DNA from: a virus | Lineage: Duplodnaviria; Caudoviricetes | DNA: 64,000 nucleotides | Direction: 5' to 3' (one strand) | IMG/VR virus record: IMGVR_UViG_3300031760_005061 | Location: 1 to 64,000 of that record | Part shown: positions 48,916 to 60,000 of the stretch, piece by piece | Layout of the letters: each line of letters begins with the position of its first letter | How positions within the stretch are numbered: position 1 is the first letter of the stretch | Translations under genes and position numbers: made by a program | Notes under the pieces: generated by a model | Seen by the model: only the letters and a program-made list of their open reading frames with translations | Database searches by the model: none | What the model was told of the DNA's origin: nothing

Positions 48916-49115
48916 GAGTTGCGCGAAATCGTCTTCCCTTCAATCCTTTGCAACTCCCCTCCTGTATTTTACTTCCCGGAGAGAAGGACGGTTTGTCGCG
49001 CTCAAACCGTGAGTTAACTCAAAGACAGTTTAGCGACATGCCGGTCGTGACCTTATAACGTTGGGAGTATATAGTTAAGGGGACAACTTTTTGATTTTTT
49101 GCGAAATCTGCCCCG

Positions 49116-50854
49116 TTAACTCTTGTTTTCTGCCCATATTGCGTCGCCTTTATCGTGTTCGTTCAAGCGTTCGCGATGAGCTTTTGTTTTCGCACGATTC
49201 TTTTCTTCTGCTATGATATCAAATATATCTTTGTTAGGTACATCCGTATGACCGGGTGTAATAAACTGGTGCGAGTCGAACTTGTCTATACTCGCCTCGA
49301 GCAGCGACGCAAAAAAGTCGTCTAACGTGTATCCATGTTTAATACAAAGTCTTTCAATCTCATCTAGCGTCGCACAAATATCACGTTCGAGATCCAGCTC
49401 AATTGTCACCGCATTTGAAAAGTCGTGATGCTGAACATCTACACCGTGTATTATCATCAATAATCACCGTCTGGGTCTGATACTGGCAAAAGTTCGGCGC
49501 CTTCGGCGAACGCTAACCAACGATCGCATTGCGAAAGTTTTTTATTTCCGTCGCACGAAGTATCGCTACAAAGTGGACAACATTTCTCTCTAAACCTTTC
49601 TATCTCGTCCCCGGTAATATAGTAGCAATATCCGTTACTGTTGTGTTTTACGGCGTTTTCCGACACAATACTTTCTACTCCAAACATATCGTAGAGTTCG
49701 TCTTTCAACTCAGATATACTTTTGTCTATTTCCATTTTAGTTCTTGCGCCGGGAGATCTACCCAGCCACTTATTCTTAAACTTAATAAGGTCGTCTCTGT
49801 ATTGTTCTTCGCTTGTGTCTCCGGACTTATACCAGTCGAAGCTGTGAAGAACACAGAGCATATCAAAAACCATTTCAGAAAATTCTTTATCTTCGAGTGG
49901 GTTGCTCTTGCGTGCTTCTGCGGAGTGTTCGCGACCTTCGTCGCCATAGTCAATACAATACCCTAACCCTCCGAATATACTGCTCGCAAAAGCGGTATCA
50001 TTGTAATCCCAGTATCCTCCGCTCATAACATCCTCCCTTTAATCCTCTTCGTCCATATACGCAAAGCATCCGGCGCATCTTGCGGGCAACGCGCCCTTGT
50101 TTTGTTCGTGTAGTGTCAGCGTCCAGATTGCGTCGCTGTCCGGTTCGTAATAACACGACGAGCAATACGGATAATAACCATCGGATGAAATGTTCCAGTG
50201 TGCGTGTTTGTCGGTTGTTTCAAATTTCTTCATATCGATGATAGTATTGTCTCTGATACCCTCGATAAGCTCGTCTATCTTATCGGCTCCTACGCCGACT
50301 GTTATCAGTTTCTGAATCGTCTTTTTAATATCTGTATAGGCCTGTCTTAACAAAACCTGTTCGCGAGTAAACTCAGTCTGCATATAATTCCTCTTCTTCA
50401 ATTTCTTCGGTATCCGCTTGACGGAACCAGCCGATGCTTGTTTTGCCACACACCGGACAGCGAAGTATTTCGATTGTTACATTTTTTAATATCTGGTCAA
50501 CTTCAAAGATACAGGGTTGTCCGGAATTACCGCACATTTCTACCTCGTATTCTCCGCTTGCACCGAAACTGTACTTTTCTGTCATAATAAAACCCCAGTT
50601 TTATTGTACGATTAAAGTATCGTTAATTTGGTCTCAATAGGACAAACTGTTTCCGACTCAAGGAAGCCGATAACTTTGCCGTCCGAGAGACGAACGCCGT
50701 AGGCATCCTCCGGGTCGTCGCCGTAAGCGAGTGCCTTACACATGTCGCATTTAATAAACACACCGCTCCACACTTCATCGAAGCACTCGAACGCGTCTCC
50801 GTAATCAAGTTCTTCGAGTTTGACTGTATATGTATTTTCTCTTTCTATCTTCAT
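49116..50854 (-). other. Cluster of small hypothetical CDSs (49116-49460, 49457-50026, 50039-~50383, 50373-50585, 50612-50854)
   Basis: Tightly packed co-oriented ORFs with RBSs; several Cys-rich. Confidence 0.6.
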
Positions 50855-50863
50855 AATTCCTCC

Positions 50864-51490
50864 TTAGTTTCCGGTTGAGCCGAAACCACCAGCTCCTCTC
50901 TGTGTATCTCCAAGCTTGTCTGTTTCAACAAGCTCAACATTTTCAAACTTATGTATAACCATCTGCGCTATTCTGTCTCCCGGCTGAACCACCGCCGAGA
51001 AGTTGCTGTTATTATGAAGCGCTACAATTACTTCTCCTCTATAGTCACTATCAACCACTCCAACACAATTCGCCGGAGCTAAACCTTTTTTTGTAGCCAA
51101 ACCGCTTCTCGCATAAATAGCTCCGAAACAATTATCGGGAATTGCGACGGCTATTCCGGTGGGAATTTTAACTGTTTTGTGTGGAGGTATTTTTACAAAC
51201 TCTCCTATGTTTGCATATAAATCCAAACCGGCTGCTTTGTCGCTACCTTTTGTCGGAACAACCGCATCCTCTTTAAGCTTGCAGATCTCCAACGTCGGTC
51301 TGGAGTCGTTTGAAGTACGACCGTTAAGCAGACTTTCGCCGATAATCGCGAGAGCATAAACAATCATAAACATCAAACACTCGTGCAGTACATTATGAAC
51401 GCCGTCCGGAGACATAGCTCCGACAATGCCAAGCACACAAGCAACAATCATAATGACGCACATAGCTATATAATACGTTATTTTTCTCAT
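50864..51490 (-). CDS. dut: Trimeric dUTPase with an N-terminal two-helix hydrophobic extension
   Basis: Motifs AAGLDL, RSGLA, GVVDSDYRGE, GDRIAQ, RGAGGFGSTG. Confidence 0.93.
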   Translation of the reverse strand: MRKITYYIAMCVIMIVACVLGIVGAMSPDGVHNVLHECLMFMIVYALAIIGESLLNGRTSNDSRPTLEICKLKEDAVVPTKGSDKAAGLDLYANIGEFVKIPPHKTVKIPTGIAVAIPDNCFGAIYARSGLATKKGLAPANCVGVVDSDYRGEVIVALHNNSNFSAVVQPGDRIAQMVIHKFENVELVETDKLGDTQRGAGGFGSTGN

Positions 51491-51501
51491 TCAATTCTCC
51501 T

Positions 51502-52176
51502 TTAACAAACTTTAATAATATCGTTGTATAACACTCTTAACTTACCTATGGTTTTGTCGATATGATAATGTCCGCAAAACCATCTCTTGAACTCCGTTGT
51601 TTCCTCTACGGTGTCGAGAAACCTATTCAAGTGATCTGAGTCGTAATACGGATTGATTGAGTCAAGATATGATTTCGGCGCACAATGCGTAACAATATAA
51701 TCAACCTTGTTATTGTTCGCCTCAAGATTGTCCAGCGCCTCTTCATACTGCTCATTAGACGGAAGCTCTTCTTTCCACCAAGATCTGCCCTCGATACGTT
51801 GCCATTTATCTATACTGTCCGCTCCGCCCATAGTAAAAAACTTTTTGCCGTTTATTTTAAAAACCTGTCCTCTGCAAAGGTGAATTATTTTATCGCTGAT
51901 GCGATGAACGTTTCCACCGTGCCATTTCTCTGTAGGAAGGTGATTAAGAATAAAATGATTTTCGTGATTGCCGTCAACATACAAAGTAGTCCACGGTTTA
52001 TCGTTCCATAAACTCTGGATATACCTATCAAACTTATCTCCGTCCCATACAATAGCGGCGTCTCCGCAAATAATTAAGAAGTCTTTTGACGTAAGATTTT
52101 TGTCGGTAAACTTTCTAGAGTTAATCTTCATGATATCGTTATCGCCGTGTGTGTCTCCGGTAATATAAATACTCAT
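51502..52176 (-). CDS. Calcineurin-like metallophosphoesterase
   Basis: GDTHG, CGD, DGNHEN, THC, GHYH motifs. Confidence 0.9.
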   Translation of the reverse strand: MSIYITGDTHGDNDIMKINSRKFTDKNLTSKDFLIICGDAAIVWDGDKFDRYIQSLWNDKPWTTLYVDGNHENHFILNHLPTEKWHGGNVHRISDKIIHLCRGQVFKINGKKFFTMGGADSIDKWQRIEGRSWWKEELPSNEQYEEALDNLEANNNKVDYIVTHCAPKSYLDSINPYYDSDHLNRFLDTVEETTEFKRWFCGHYHIDKTIGKLRVLYNDIIKVC

Positions 52177-52640
52177 TAAAACACCTCGTATAAAGTTATT
52201 AGTATTAGGATGTTCATAACTATAAGAGAAACGCAGATGATTTCGGGCTCCGGAGAGTCTCCTATCATATCGTCCTCAGAGTCTACCGAGTCATTATATC
52301 TATCAATCATGTTGGCAATATGTTGATAGATAATTCCCGGGACACAAACACAAGCGACCGATGCGAGGACTTTAAATATTATTGAATGCAAACTATATTA
52401 TTCTCCAGATTCTGTCTGTTGAAGATTAGTTAAGTCTGATAGTCCGGGAATATTAAATGCTCCGGTTAATTTCTCAAGACTTGACGGGTCTTCTTTGATT
52501 TTTTTAAGTTCGTTAACCAAGTTAACAATGCCGGACAAACATTCTTTACAAGAGTCACAAAATACTGAGTTTCTTGTGCCGTTAAAAAGTTTGTCGCAAA
52601 CCGGACATTTCTTTGCTTCAATCTGCTCTGCCATATTCAT
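52176..52640 (-). other. Two small hypothetical CDSs (52176-52391 with two TM helices; 52398-52640 Zn-finger)
   Basis: Hydrophobic helices; CPVC...CDSC. Confidence 0.55.
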
Positions 52641-52718
52641 CTCCTTTGTCTCTCGTTATTTTTGACATAAAGATTATAACACACCGCTTTGTTTCAAACG
52701 GGGTTGTTAACAAATTGT

Positions 52719-53186
52719 TTACATTTGACGTCTCTTAAATTTGTATGTAATGTCCTCCATGCCATCAACAATATACATCCTTTGGTTTGTATCCGGCGAG
52801 TCAAGACCGCCCAGTTCTGCTTTATACTCTCCAAGTTTAATATAGTCGATTGTTTCGCACAACCATTCCGGAGCGGTGTCGTTGCCGGAATACACGCATA
52901 TTTTGAGATACGGATATTTGTATTTAATCCAGTGAGAAATATTACATAACTCTCTTTGATTGTTGTCTCCGCCCATAAAGCAAACACAAGAAACGAGATC
53001 GCCGTATAATATCAAACCCTCTTCAATTATGTCGAGCAGTGGTACTCCGCAAGATGTCTGTAGGTACTGACTGTGGCACCCCTGACATCTGTGCGGACAC
53101 TCACTGATTTCGAAACATAACGAGAGCTCGTCCGGAACTTCCGTACCAGTTACGGAATATCCGCAACAAAGTAGCTCGTTATTCAT
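52719..53186 (-). CDS. nrdG: Anaerobic ribonucleotide reductase activating protein
   Basis: Radical SAM CPHRCQGCHS, FMGGD, TNQR; adjacent to nrdD. Confidence 0.92.
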   Translation of the reverse strand: MNNELLCCGYSVTGTEVPDELSLCFEISECPHRCQGCHSQYLQTSCGVPLLDIIEEGLILYGDLVSCVCFMGGDNNQRELCNISHWIKYKYPYLKICVYSGNDTAPEWLCETIDYIKLGEYKAELGGLDSPDTNQRMYIVDGMEDITYKFKRRQM

Positions 53187-55002
53187 AGTATCTATTCGAT
53201 TCCTCTTTCTGTCTTGCCTCGCTAAATCTTGATACGAGTTTGAGATATCCGATTATTCTCGTGGCGTAATCAAGATCTTCGCTACCACATTTTTCACATT
53301 TGTCAAGTTTATGCTTGCTGATATGACCACATGACTTGCAAACGGTATTCGGAATATTAAACGTAAAATATGAACATCCGGTTTTAATCGCGTTCTTCAG
53401 CATTTTTGCGTACTGTTCCTTCGAGAGATGTTCGTTAAGGTTGATGTGGCAAGCAGAACCGCCGTCAAGATACTTGGTAAGTCTGTCGCCGTGAAGTATC
53501 ATCTTGTCGGCCATATTGCAGGTTTCGTCTTCAACCTTAAAGAAATAGCTGTTGTAGCAGTCTCTCGGAACCTCATATCCGTCTTTCTTATCCCACTTGG
53601 CGTTCTTCACACCGAGATTTTCAGCCGGTACAAATTCGGTATTAAACATTATGCTATCTGTCTTCGCCTTTTGGTTCTCTTCAAATATGGGCTTCAGTAT
53701 CATTTCTCCATATTTGAAATAGTCTTCATTGGGAGAAATGTCGATACCCAAGAACTCGGCGCCCTCGACAAATCCGTTAATACCAACGGTGAGATACTGT
53801 TTTTCGAGCGAGATATATCCGGCATCATAGACCGGCAAGAGTCTGGAGTTGAAATGGTCATACATTATCGCATTGAATGCCGTGAGGTATTTATGAACTT
53901 TCTGTACTTGCTCTCTTACCGCATCTTCAATAGGTATATCTGCGAGTGTGGCGTTCTGTACAAGTCTGTTGATGTTGATTGTCATAACTCCTTTTGAACC
54001 AGTTGACACACCGCCGGCACCAAGAGTATATGAGAATGTGTTGTCCTGTATTCCGTTACGAAGTCGACAGCAACTTGCCAAACTATCAACGCTGTTGCTT
54101 CTGTATGTGAAGAAAGAGTGTCCTTCTGAGTACATTTGAGCCACGAAGTCAGCCCAGTTTTGATCAACATAATCTTTGCCATTGTCAAGAAGATTGACAG
54201 TTTCAACCGGGAATGTAAGGATTGACCTCGTTCTTTCGTGATTGAACCACATCATAAACTGTTTCTGAAGCCACGAAACGCTGACCCATCTCGGAGTGTC
54301 GCCGTCCGGGAAAACAAAGTTTTCAAATATGCTCTCGAAATACGGCTGGTCAAAGTAAGCAATGTTCCAAAAGACCGATTGAAAATTTCTTGCAGCCGCC
54401 GGCTGGTTCATAGAATAAACAACCTGTTCAAATATATCGTGGATTGTTTTAAGGAGTGATCTCGGTTTTGCCGGAGGTACTGTAACCGATAAATATGAAC
54501 GAGTGAAGTATTCGTCTCCATATTCCTTACGAAGAAAGTAGTCAAGGTATGTCAAAAACTCCGGCGTTGAAACCGCTCCGGCAAACTGAGCCGCTACTGC
54601 AAATACAAGATTGATAAAAGATCCGACGAATGCGTTAAGGTTTTTAGGAGCGGATGATATACCGCCAATTGTTTTCAGTCCGCTAAATAAGAACGGATAC
54701 ATTGATATTGATACACAGTACGGATAGACCGATGTCTCGTCGTGTTTGTATATCTCGTGTTCGTCGAGCTGTCTTATGTATTCGTCTGCAACATCTTCAC
54801 CGTATAACTCGGTAAGCTTTTCGACCATAAGCAATCTGTTAGTTCCTATGGACTCGCTCTTGAAGAGTTCTCCGGACATTGTTGCGATATTTTTGTTTTC
54901 TACATTTGCGTTTGCGTCAAATTCGCTACCGGTTGCGGCGTTTGACGCCTGTTTATATCTGTCAATAAAGTTCGTGTATTTTCTATAAGAGTCATATTTC
55001 AT
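53179..55002 (-). CDS. nrdD: Class III (anaerobic) ribonucleoside-triphosphate reductase, no ATP cone
   Basis: YKHD, PYCVSI, ASCCRL, PAENL, CxxC..CxxC and glycyl-radical TRIIGYL. Confidence 0.95.
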   Translation of the reverse strand: MKYDSYRKYTNFIDRYKQASNAATGSEFDANANVENKNIATMSGELFKSESIGTNRLLMVEKLTELYGEDVADEYIRQLDEHEIYKHDETSVYPYCVSISMYPFLFSGLKTIGGISSAPKNLNAFVGSFINLVFAVAAQFAGAVSTPEFLTYLDYFLRKEYGDEYFTRSYLSVTVPPAKPRSLLKTIHDIFEQVVYSMNQPAAARNFQSVFWNIAYFDQPYFESIFENFVFPDGDTPRWVSVSWLQKQFMMWFNHERTRSILTFPVETVNLLDNGKDYVDQNWADFVAQMYSEGHSFFTYRSNSVDSLASCCRLRNGIQDNTFSYTLGAGGVSTGSKGVMTININRLVQNATLADIPIEDAVREQVQKVHKYLTAFNAIMYDHFNSRLLPVYDAGYISLEKQYLTVGINGFVEGAEFLGIDISPNEDYFKYGEMILKPIFEENQKAKTDSIMFNTEFVPAENLGVKNAKWDKKDGYEVPRDCYNSYFFKVEDETCNMADKMILHGDRLTKYLDGGSACHINLNEHLSKEQYAKMLKNAIKTGCSYFTFNIPNTVCKSCGHISKHKLDKCEKCGSEDLDYATRIIGYLKLVSRFSEARQKEESNRYYE

Positions 55003-55201
55003 TTTTCATTACCGCCCTCACCGCTTCGGGATATGAATACTGTTTGCCGTCTTTCTCAAGAACCGGCACGTGTTGTATGCCTAACGATTTCATTTTCTCT
55101 ACGTCGTTCTCGACGCTATATGTAATGCCTTTATCGTCAAGCATTTTCTTAAGAGCCATGCACATCGGACAGCCCGTCGAATATAATGTTATTACGTTCA
55201 T
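54992..55201 (-). CDS. Glutaredoxin/NrdH-like redoxin
   Basis: LYSTGCPMC...VPVL; AAGGAGG RBS before ATG 55201. Confidence 0.85.
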   Translation of the reverse strand: MNVITLYSTGCPMCMALKKMLDDKGITYSVENDVEKMKSLGIQHVPVLEKDGKQYSYPEAVRAVMKNEI

Positions 55202-55418
55202 CGCTCGCCTCCTTAAGTTTTTCAATCTTGCGTTTAAGGTAGAACTCTGCCTTTTCAAGATCTTCGATTGTTTTTGCCGGATCTTTCTTGCCGGCTCTTG
55301 AAACATATTTAACTACATTGCCGAGATGAAATCCGAGTTTCTTATCTTCAATAAAATCAAGAACCTCGATTTTACCATCGGTATAATGTGACGGATGATT
55401 TACTACATCCAAAGCCAT
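55149..55418 (-). CDS. DUF3310 (SaV-like) protein
   Basis: VNHPSHY..G.IEV...GNVVKYVSRAGKK...EDLEKA.FYL. Confidence 0.88.
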   Translation of the reverse strand: MALDVVNHPSHYTDGKIEVLDFIEDKKLGFHLGNVVKYVSRAGKKDPAKTIEDLEKAEFYLKRKIEKLKEASDERNNIIFDGLSDVHGS

Positions 55419-55421
55419 ATA

Positions 55422-55598
55422 TCACTCCTCCTCGTCGTCGTTATCTTCTGGTATGTAAATTCGATATTCTATGTCTGCCCCACAATTTGAACATCGACAT
55501 ATATGAACTATGCCGGTTCCTTCGTATCCGAAATCTTCAAAGTCAAAATCGCTACACCAGTAAACCGATTTATGTCCACAATGAAAACACTCGTACAT
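55422..55598 (-). CDS. 58-aa Zn-ribbon protein (not in the ORF track)
   Basis: MYECFHCG...DFDFEDFGYEG.GIV..CSNCGA; read directly from the sequence. Confidence 0.65.
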   Translation of the reverse strand: MYECFHCGHKSVYWCSDFDFEDFGYEGTGIVHICRCSNCGADIEYRIYIPEDNDDEEE

Positions 55599-55599
55599 A

Positions 55600-55788
55600 T
55601 TATTTCCTTCCCGGTTTGTCTATTACAATTACAACCCCACAATCTGAGTAGATTTCAGTCACAGGATATTTTAAATATTTTTCCCATTTTTCGGGAGCGG
55701 TATGTTTTGGATCAATCCACTCTGAGTCCTTGCCGTCAAGCAGTATGCTTGCGTCATATGTAACATCAAGCGCTTGTCTTAGCGTCAT
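55600..55788 (-). CDS. Small hypothetical protein, paralog of 44114..44305
   Basis: GGAGG RBS; MTLRQAL...VTEIYSDCGVVI. Confidence 0.6.
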   Translation of the reverse strand: MTLRQALDVTYDASILLDGKDSEWIDPKHTAPEKWEKYLKYPVTEIYSDCGVVIVIDKPGRK

Positions 55789-55790
55789 TG

Positions 55791-56363
55791 TTATTCCTCC
55801 AGTAAATAAACATCGTGTATTGTACCAAAACTCTCCATCCACCGATAACCAGCTGCGACTCCGCCGTAATTGTTACTGTCATAGAAAATATCGATTTTTG
55901 ACCCTTGAATTCCGTTGCCGATATCAACGCATTTGAGTTTCAGTACATGTCCGTTGTCGCCGGTAATCTGTATTACAGAGCCAAGCGGAATAACATTGGG
56001 GTCGACAGCGCATGTCGCAAGGTGCTGAGAACGAGTACCGGTCGACGTTGCGTATCCCCATTTAGCGTCCGGAATATAGAATGTCAAAGAAAATTTTCCG
56101 GGCAATCTCCTTGATATGTACGGATCTACAGAGTTTGTTGTTGCGATTTTTGCTGTAGTCTGTTTTGTAGTTTTGCGCTCCTGTTTTTCGGTTGTGCGCT
56201 CTTTAATAATCGCTTTTGTTGTGGTAATGGTTGTCTTTACCTGTTCTGTAATTGTGGTTGTAGGTATACGTACTGTCTCTTCGACAGTACTTCGTGTGGT
56301 TCCGCAAGCGACACAAGATATCAGCATCTCAGTCGCTGCGACAATTGAAACAATTCTTCTCAT
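55791..56363 (-). CDS. 3D-domain (peptidoglycan-related) secreted/lipoprotein
   Basis: Signal-like N-terminus, T/K-rich linker, TSTG...AVDPNVIPLGS...DIG..I.G.KIDIF. Confidence 0.85.
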   Translation of the reverse strand: MRRIVSIVAATEMLISCVACGTTRSTVEETVRIPTTTITEQVKTTITTTKAIIKERTTEKQERKTTKQTTAKIATTNSVDPYISRRLPGKFSLTFYIPDAKWGYATSTGTRSQHLATCAVDPNVIPLGSVIQITGDNGHVLKLKCVDIGNGIQGSKIDIFYDSNNYGGVAAGYRWMESFGTIHDVYLLEE

Positions 56364-56374
56364 TTTGTCCTCCT

Positions 56375-57036
56375 TTAATGAACAGTAATAGAATGAACGG
56401 TGATTTCGTTATTGAGCGTGTGTATGATCTTTGTAGTATTGAGATATCCGTTATCAAAATCGGTATTTGTGAACTCAATCTTTTCCGGGGTAATCTTAGA
56501 AATATTGAACAGCGCAGTTACGTTATCAAACGTTGTACCGTTTTCGTCCTGTCCATTTGCTTCGATACGGGCGATAATTGTTTCACCGGAGTTATAGGCG
56601 TCGATGATGTCGTCAAATGTTGTAACTGAAGTCCAGTTTACAAAATCGCTTGACTCGTAGTCGACGTAGTAAAGTGCGTCACCGATTTTTGCACCGTCGC
56701 CGATACAGGCGCTGAAGCTTTCTCCGGTTTCTGAATTATAATAGTTGAAATTTGACATATTGTTCCTCTCTTTCTTTATTTGAAAATCTTCAAAACGAAG
56801 TTGTCCGTTTTCGTCCTCTATGTACGTCATCTTATAACCACCCTTTCAGCTATAATTCTGACAATCTTCACCGCACCGGAAAGAACCGGTGAGCAAATTC
56901 GATATGCGTCGTATAACGCTTGATAAAACATGGCGATTTTATTTGTGTCTACCGCCATAATGTCGAAGCGGGAAATTGCCTCGAGAATTAAATAAACAGA
57001 GTTGGCTAACGACTCTAATATGGTTTCCATTTTCAA
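56375..57036 (-). other. Two hypothetical CDSs (56375-56830, 56827-57036)
   Basis: Co-oriented ORFs with RBS and ATGA overlap. Confidence 0.55.
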
Positions 57037-57043
57037 CCTCCTG

Positions 57044-60000
57044 TTAGTTAATAATGTTATATGATGTCAGTTCCCAATACCCGGATGAGTTTTTAAATAC
57101 ATTGTTAGCGTAAATAATATCTCCCTTTTTGATTGGTAACTGTTTGAGCAATTTTGATCTAACGGTAAGTCTTGATTTCTTTCCGCTTCCAACCGATGTG
57201 GTGTTTATTCTTGCACACCACACATTTCCGGTAGACTTAGAGGCGAGCTCGGTGTAGTCTTCTATGATTAACTTTCGCCTATCCTCCTCTTTTCCGGTTG
57301 TTATATCTACATAACCGAGATACTCCATACTGTTTTGTATCATTGTTTTAATCGGAAGTTCCGGAAAGCTTTTCGCTCTAATAGTATCTTCGATTTCACA
57401 GAGCAATCCATACATATCAGTAATTGTATATAGTTTTAATTCCTTACCGTCTTTGTTGAGGTTTGTTGCGTGATTGGTTATGATTTTTAATAGCTCTTCT
57501 GTAACGAATTCAGGATTAATTTTCTTTGCGTCTCCGGATTTAAATTTGTAAAACGCCTCTGTAATTGCAAGCAATTCACGGCAATTGCCGAACTCGCTAA
57601 AGAATCCTATTTTCAAAAGGATATCGAGCTGTCTTGCGTCTATCGATGTATTCTTCAGAGCAATCAGAATGTCTATAAATCTATTGAATTTGTTTTCGGA
57701 ATGTGCAAGGGCATATAGTTCATTTCCGATTTTCTTATTGAGATACTTTATAGACTCAATTCCTTTTGCGATTATTTGTCTGTCTTTATCAAAGACAAAA
57801 TGTTCTCTTGAAACTCCCCATCTCGGGGTGGTTACGAGTATTCCGTACTCCTGTGCAAGCTTGGTGCCGTTTGTAATATCATCCGGATTGTTTGGATTGT
57901 TAAGATATGCGGTAATAAATTCATAAGGATAATAGTGTCTAAAATAAGCACACAAATACCCAAGTAAACAATAAGCAACCGAATGATTATATCCAAACGA
58001 ATATGATGCTGAGTCTTCCAGAATTCGCAGAAATTCCTGTGCTTCTTTTTCTGCGACTTCTCTTGGCCTATCCGACTTACTACAGTAACCTTCAAGGATT
58101 TTAGGTAATGCTGCTTTAACGGCGACCTCATCTTTCTTACCTATCGCTCGTCTTACCGTATCCGCTTCGGAACCACTGAAACCGCAAATGTCTTGAAGGA
58201 ATTTGATCTGATCTTCTTGATACACGAGAAATCCGTTATTGTCTTTCAACAGTTCGTCTATCATCGGCGAAGGGTTTTTATGGACTTTGTGAGCCATAAG
58301 ATCATCTCTGTATGATGTTCCGGACGGTCTAACAGATGCCGTAACAAGACTCATATCAAAAATCGATTTTGGTTTGAATTGTTTTAATAACTGAAATGCG
58401 TAGTCAGACTCAAACTGGAATATTCCATACGGACTTTTGAGCATGTCGCTCCACACCTCTTCGTCGTTCCAGTTTATTTCGTGTGATCTCGGATAATTTA
58501 TACCTATGTTCTTACATGTGTCGTTGATGATATTAACCGTGTTTAACACAAGGAAGTCGTATTTGACCAACCCGGCTGAATGTGCATCTTCCATGTCAAG
58601 CATTAGACACGACACCCCGTCTTTGTCGAACACCCCGTATTCCTCGTCAAGACAAACCGGCGAGATAACCATACCGGCCGGATGAACACTCTGAGACACT
58701 TTCGTGTTCAACAATCCGTCGAGATAATAAAATACTTTTGGATTTTCTTCCCGAGTTTTCTCCGGGTCTTTTAAGAAGTCTTTTTTTATACGGTCTGTGT
58801 TTGTTAAATTGTACGGGTTGTCTTTTCCGTTTTCGTCGGGTTTTAATCCGTGGTCTTCATTCCAGTACATTCTGAGTGCTCCGCAAATATCGTCTATCGC
58901 TCCGGCTTCTTTTATTGTTCCATAGCTTGCGACTCTCGCGGTTTTGTCTGTTCCAAATCTGTTGATTATGTATTCAAAAATCTTTGGCCTGTCTTCTTCT
59001 CGACAGTCCGTGTCTATATCTCCAACCTCTACCCTGTCTTCGTTACAAAACCGACTGAATACCGTGTGCCACGTTTCCGGGTTGAGGTCTATTATGTCAG
59101 TCACATAAGCAACTCTCGAGCCACCTACGGAACCTCTCGCAAAACCGAGAGGAATTTTATTTTCCTTACACCATCCATTAAGCTCTGATTGTGAGAGCAT
59201 AAAGCCGGCCATTCCTATCTTCTTAAAGACACGCATCTCTTCTTTTATTGCAGATTTAAAATTGTCGATTTGGTCTTCCGAAATAATTCCGTTTGCAATT
59301 TTCTCTTGAAATTTATTTTCGACAAGTCTCTCAAACGCTTCGACGTCGTTATCCGGAGAACCGTATAATACCGGATATTTGTTATCGGTGTTTATGTCGA
59401 ATTCTTCGACAGAAGCCGCCATAACGTTTGTGTTTTCGATTGCCTGCATCCATAAACTTTCCGGGATCGCGTTCTGCTGTCTAAAATTTTCGACGAGATC
59501 GGCGTAAGTTTTATATGTAAGGTCGAATAAATCCTCGTCTCCGTATGATTTGTGTTTGCGTTTGAGTAATATTTTTCTACACTCTGCTTTGTATTCATTA
59601 AGAGAATGAGCGTCTGTTCCGGCGATAAGAGGCTTGTGATATTTCTCTGCAAGCTCTGCGAGATGTACATTAAACGCAATCTGCTCCGGATGGTTGTGCG
59701 GTTGAATTTCCAGATAGTCATATCGTTTTACCATCTGCTCATATTTGGGATGATCTGCGGGTAGTTTGTTAAGAGGACTCGCCAAACACGCAGAGGTTGT
59801 AATGATATTCTTCGAAAGAGAAAGAAATTCGTCTATCGAAATTCTGTTTGTGTAGTAGAAGTGTTCCGGATTGCACGACATACTGACTACCTTGTTCAGC
59901 TCTTTAACTCCGGCTTTATTTTTCGCAATCAGTATTGTATGGAAGTTATCTCTTGTCTTGGGTTCAAGCTGCTCTGTTATGTAGATTTCTACGGCGTGTA

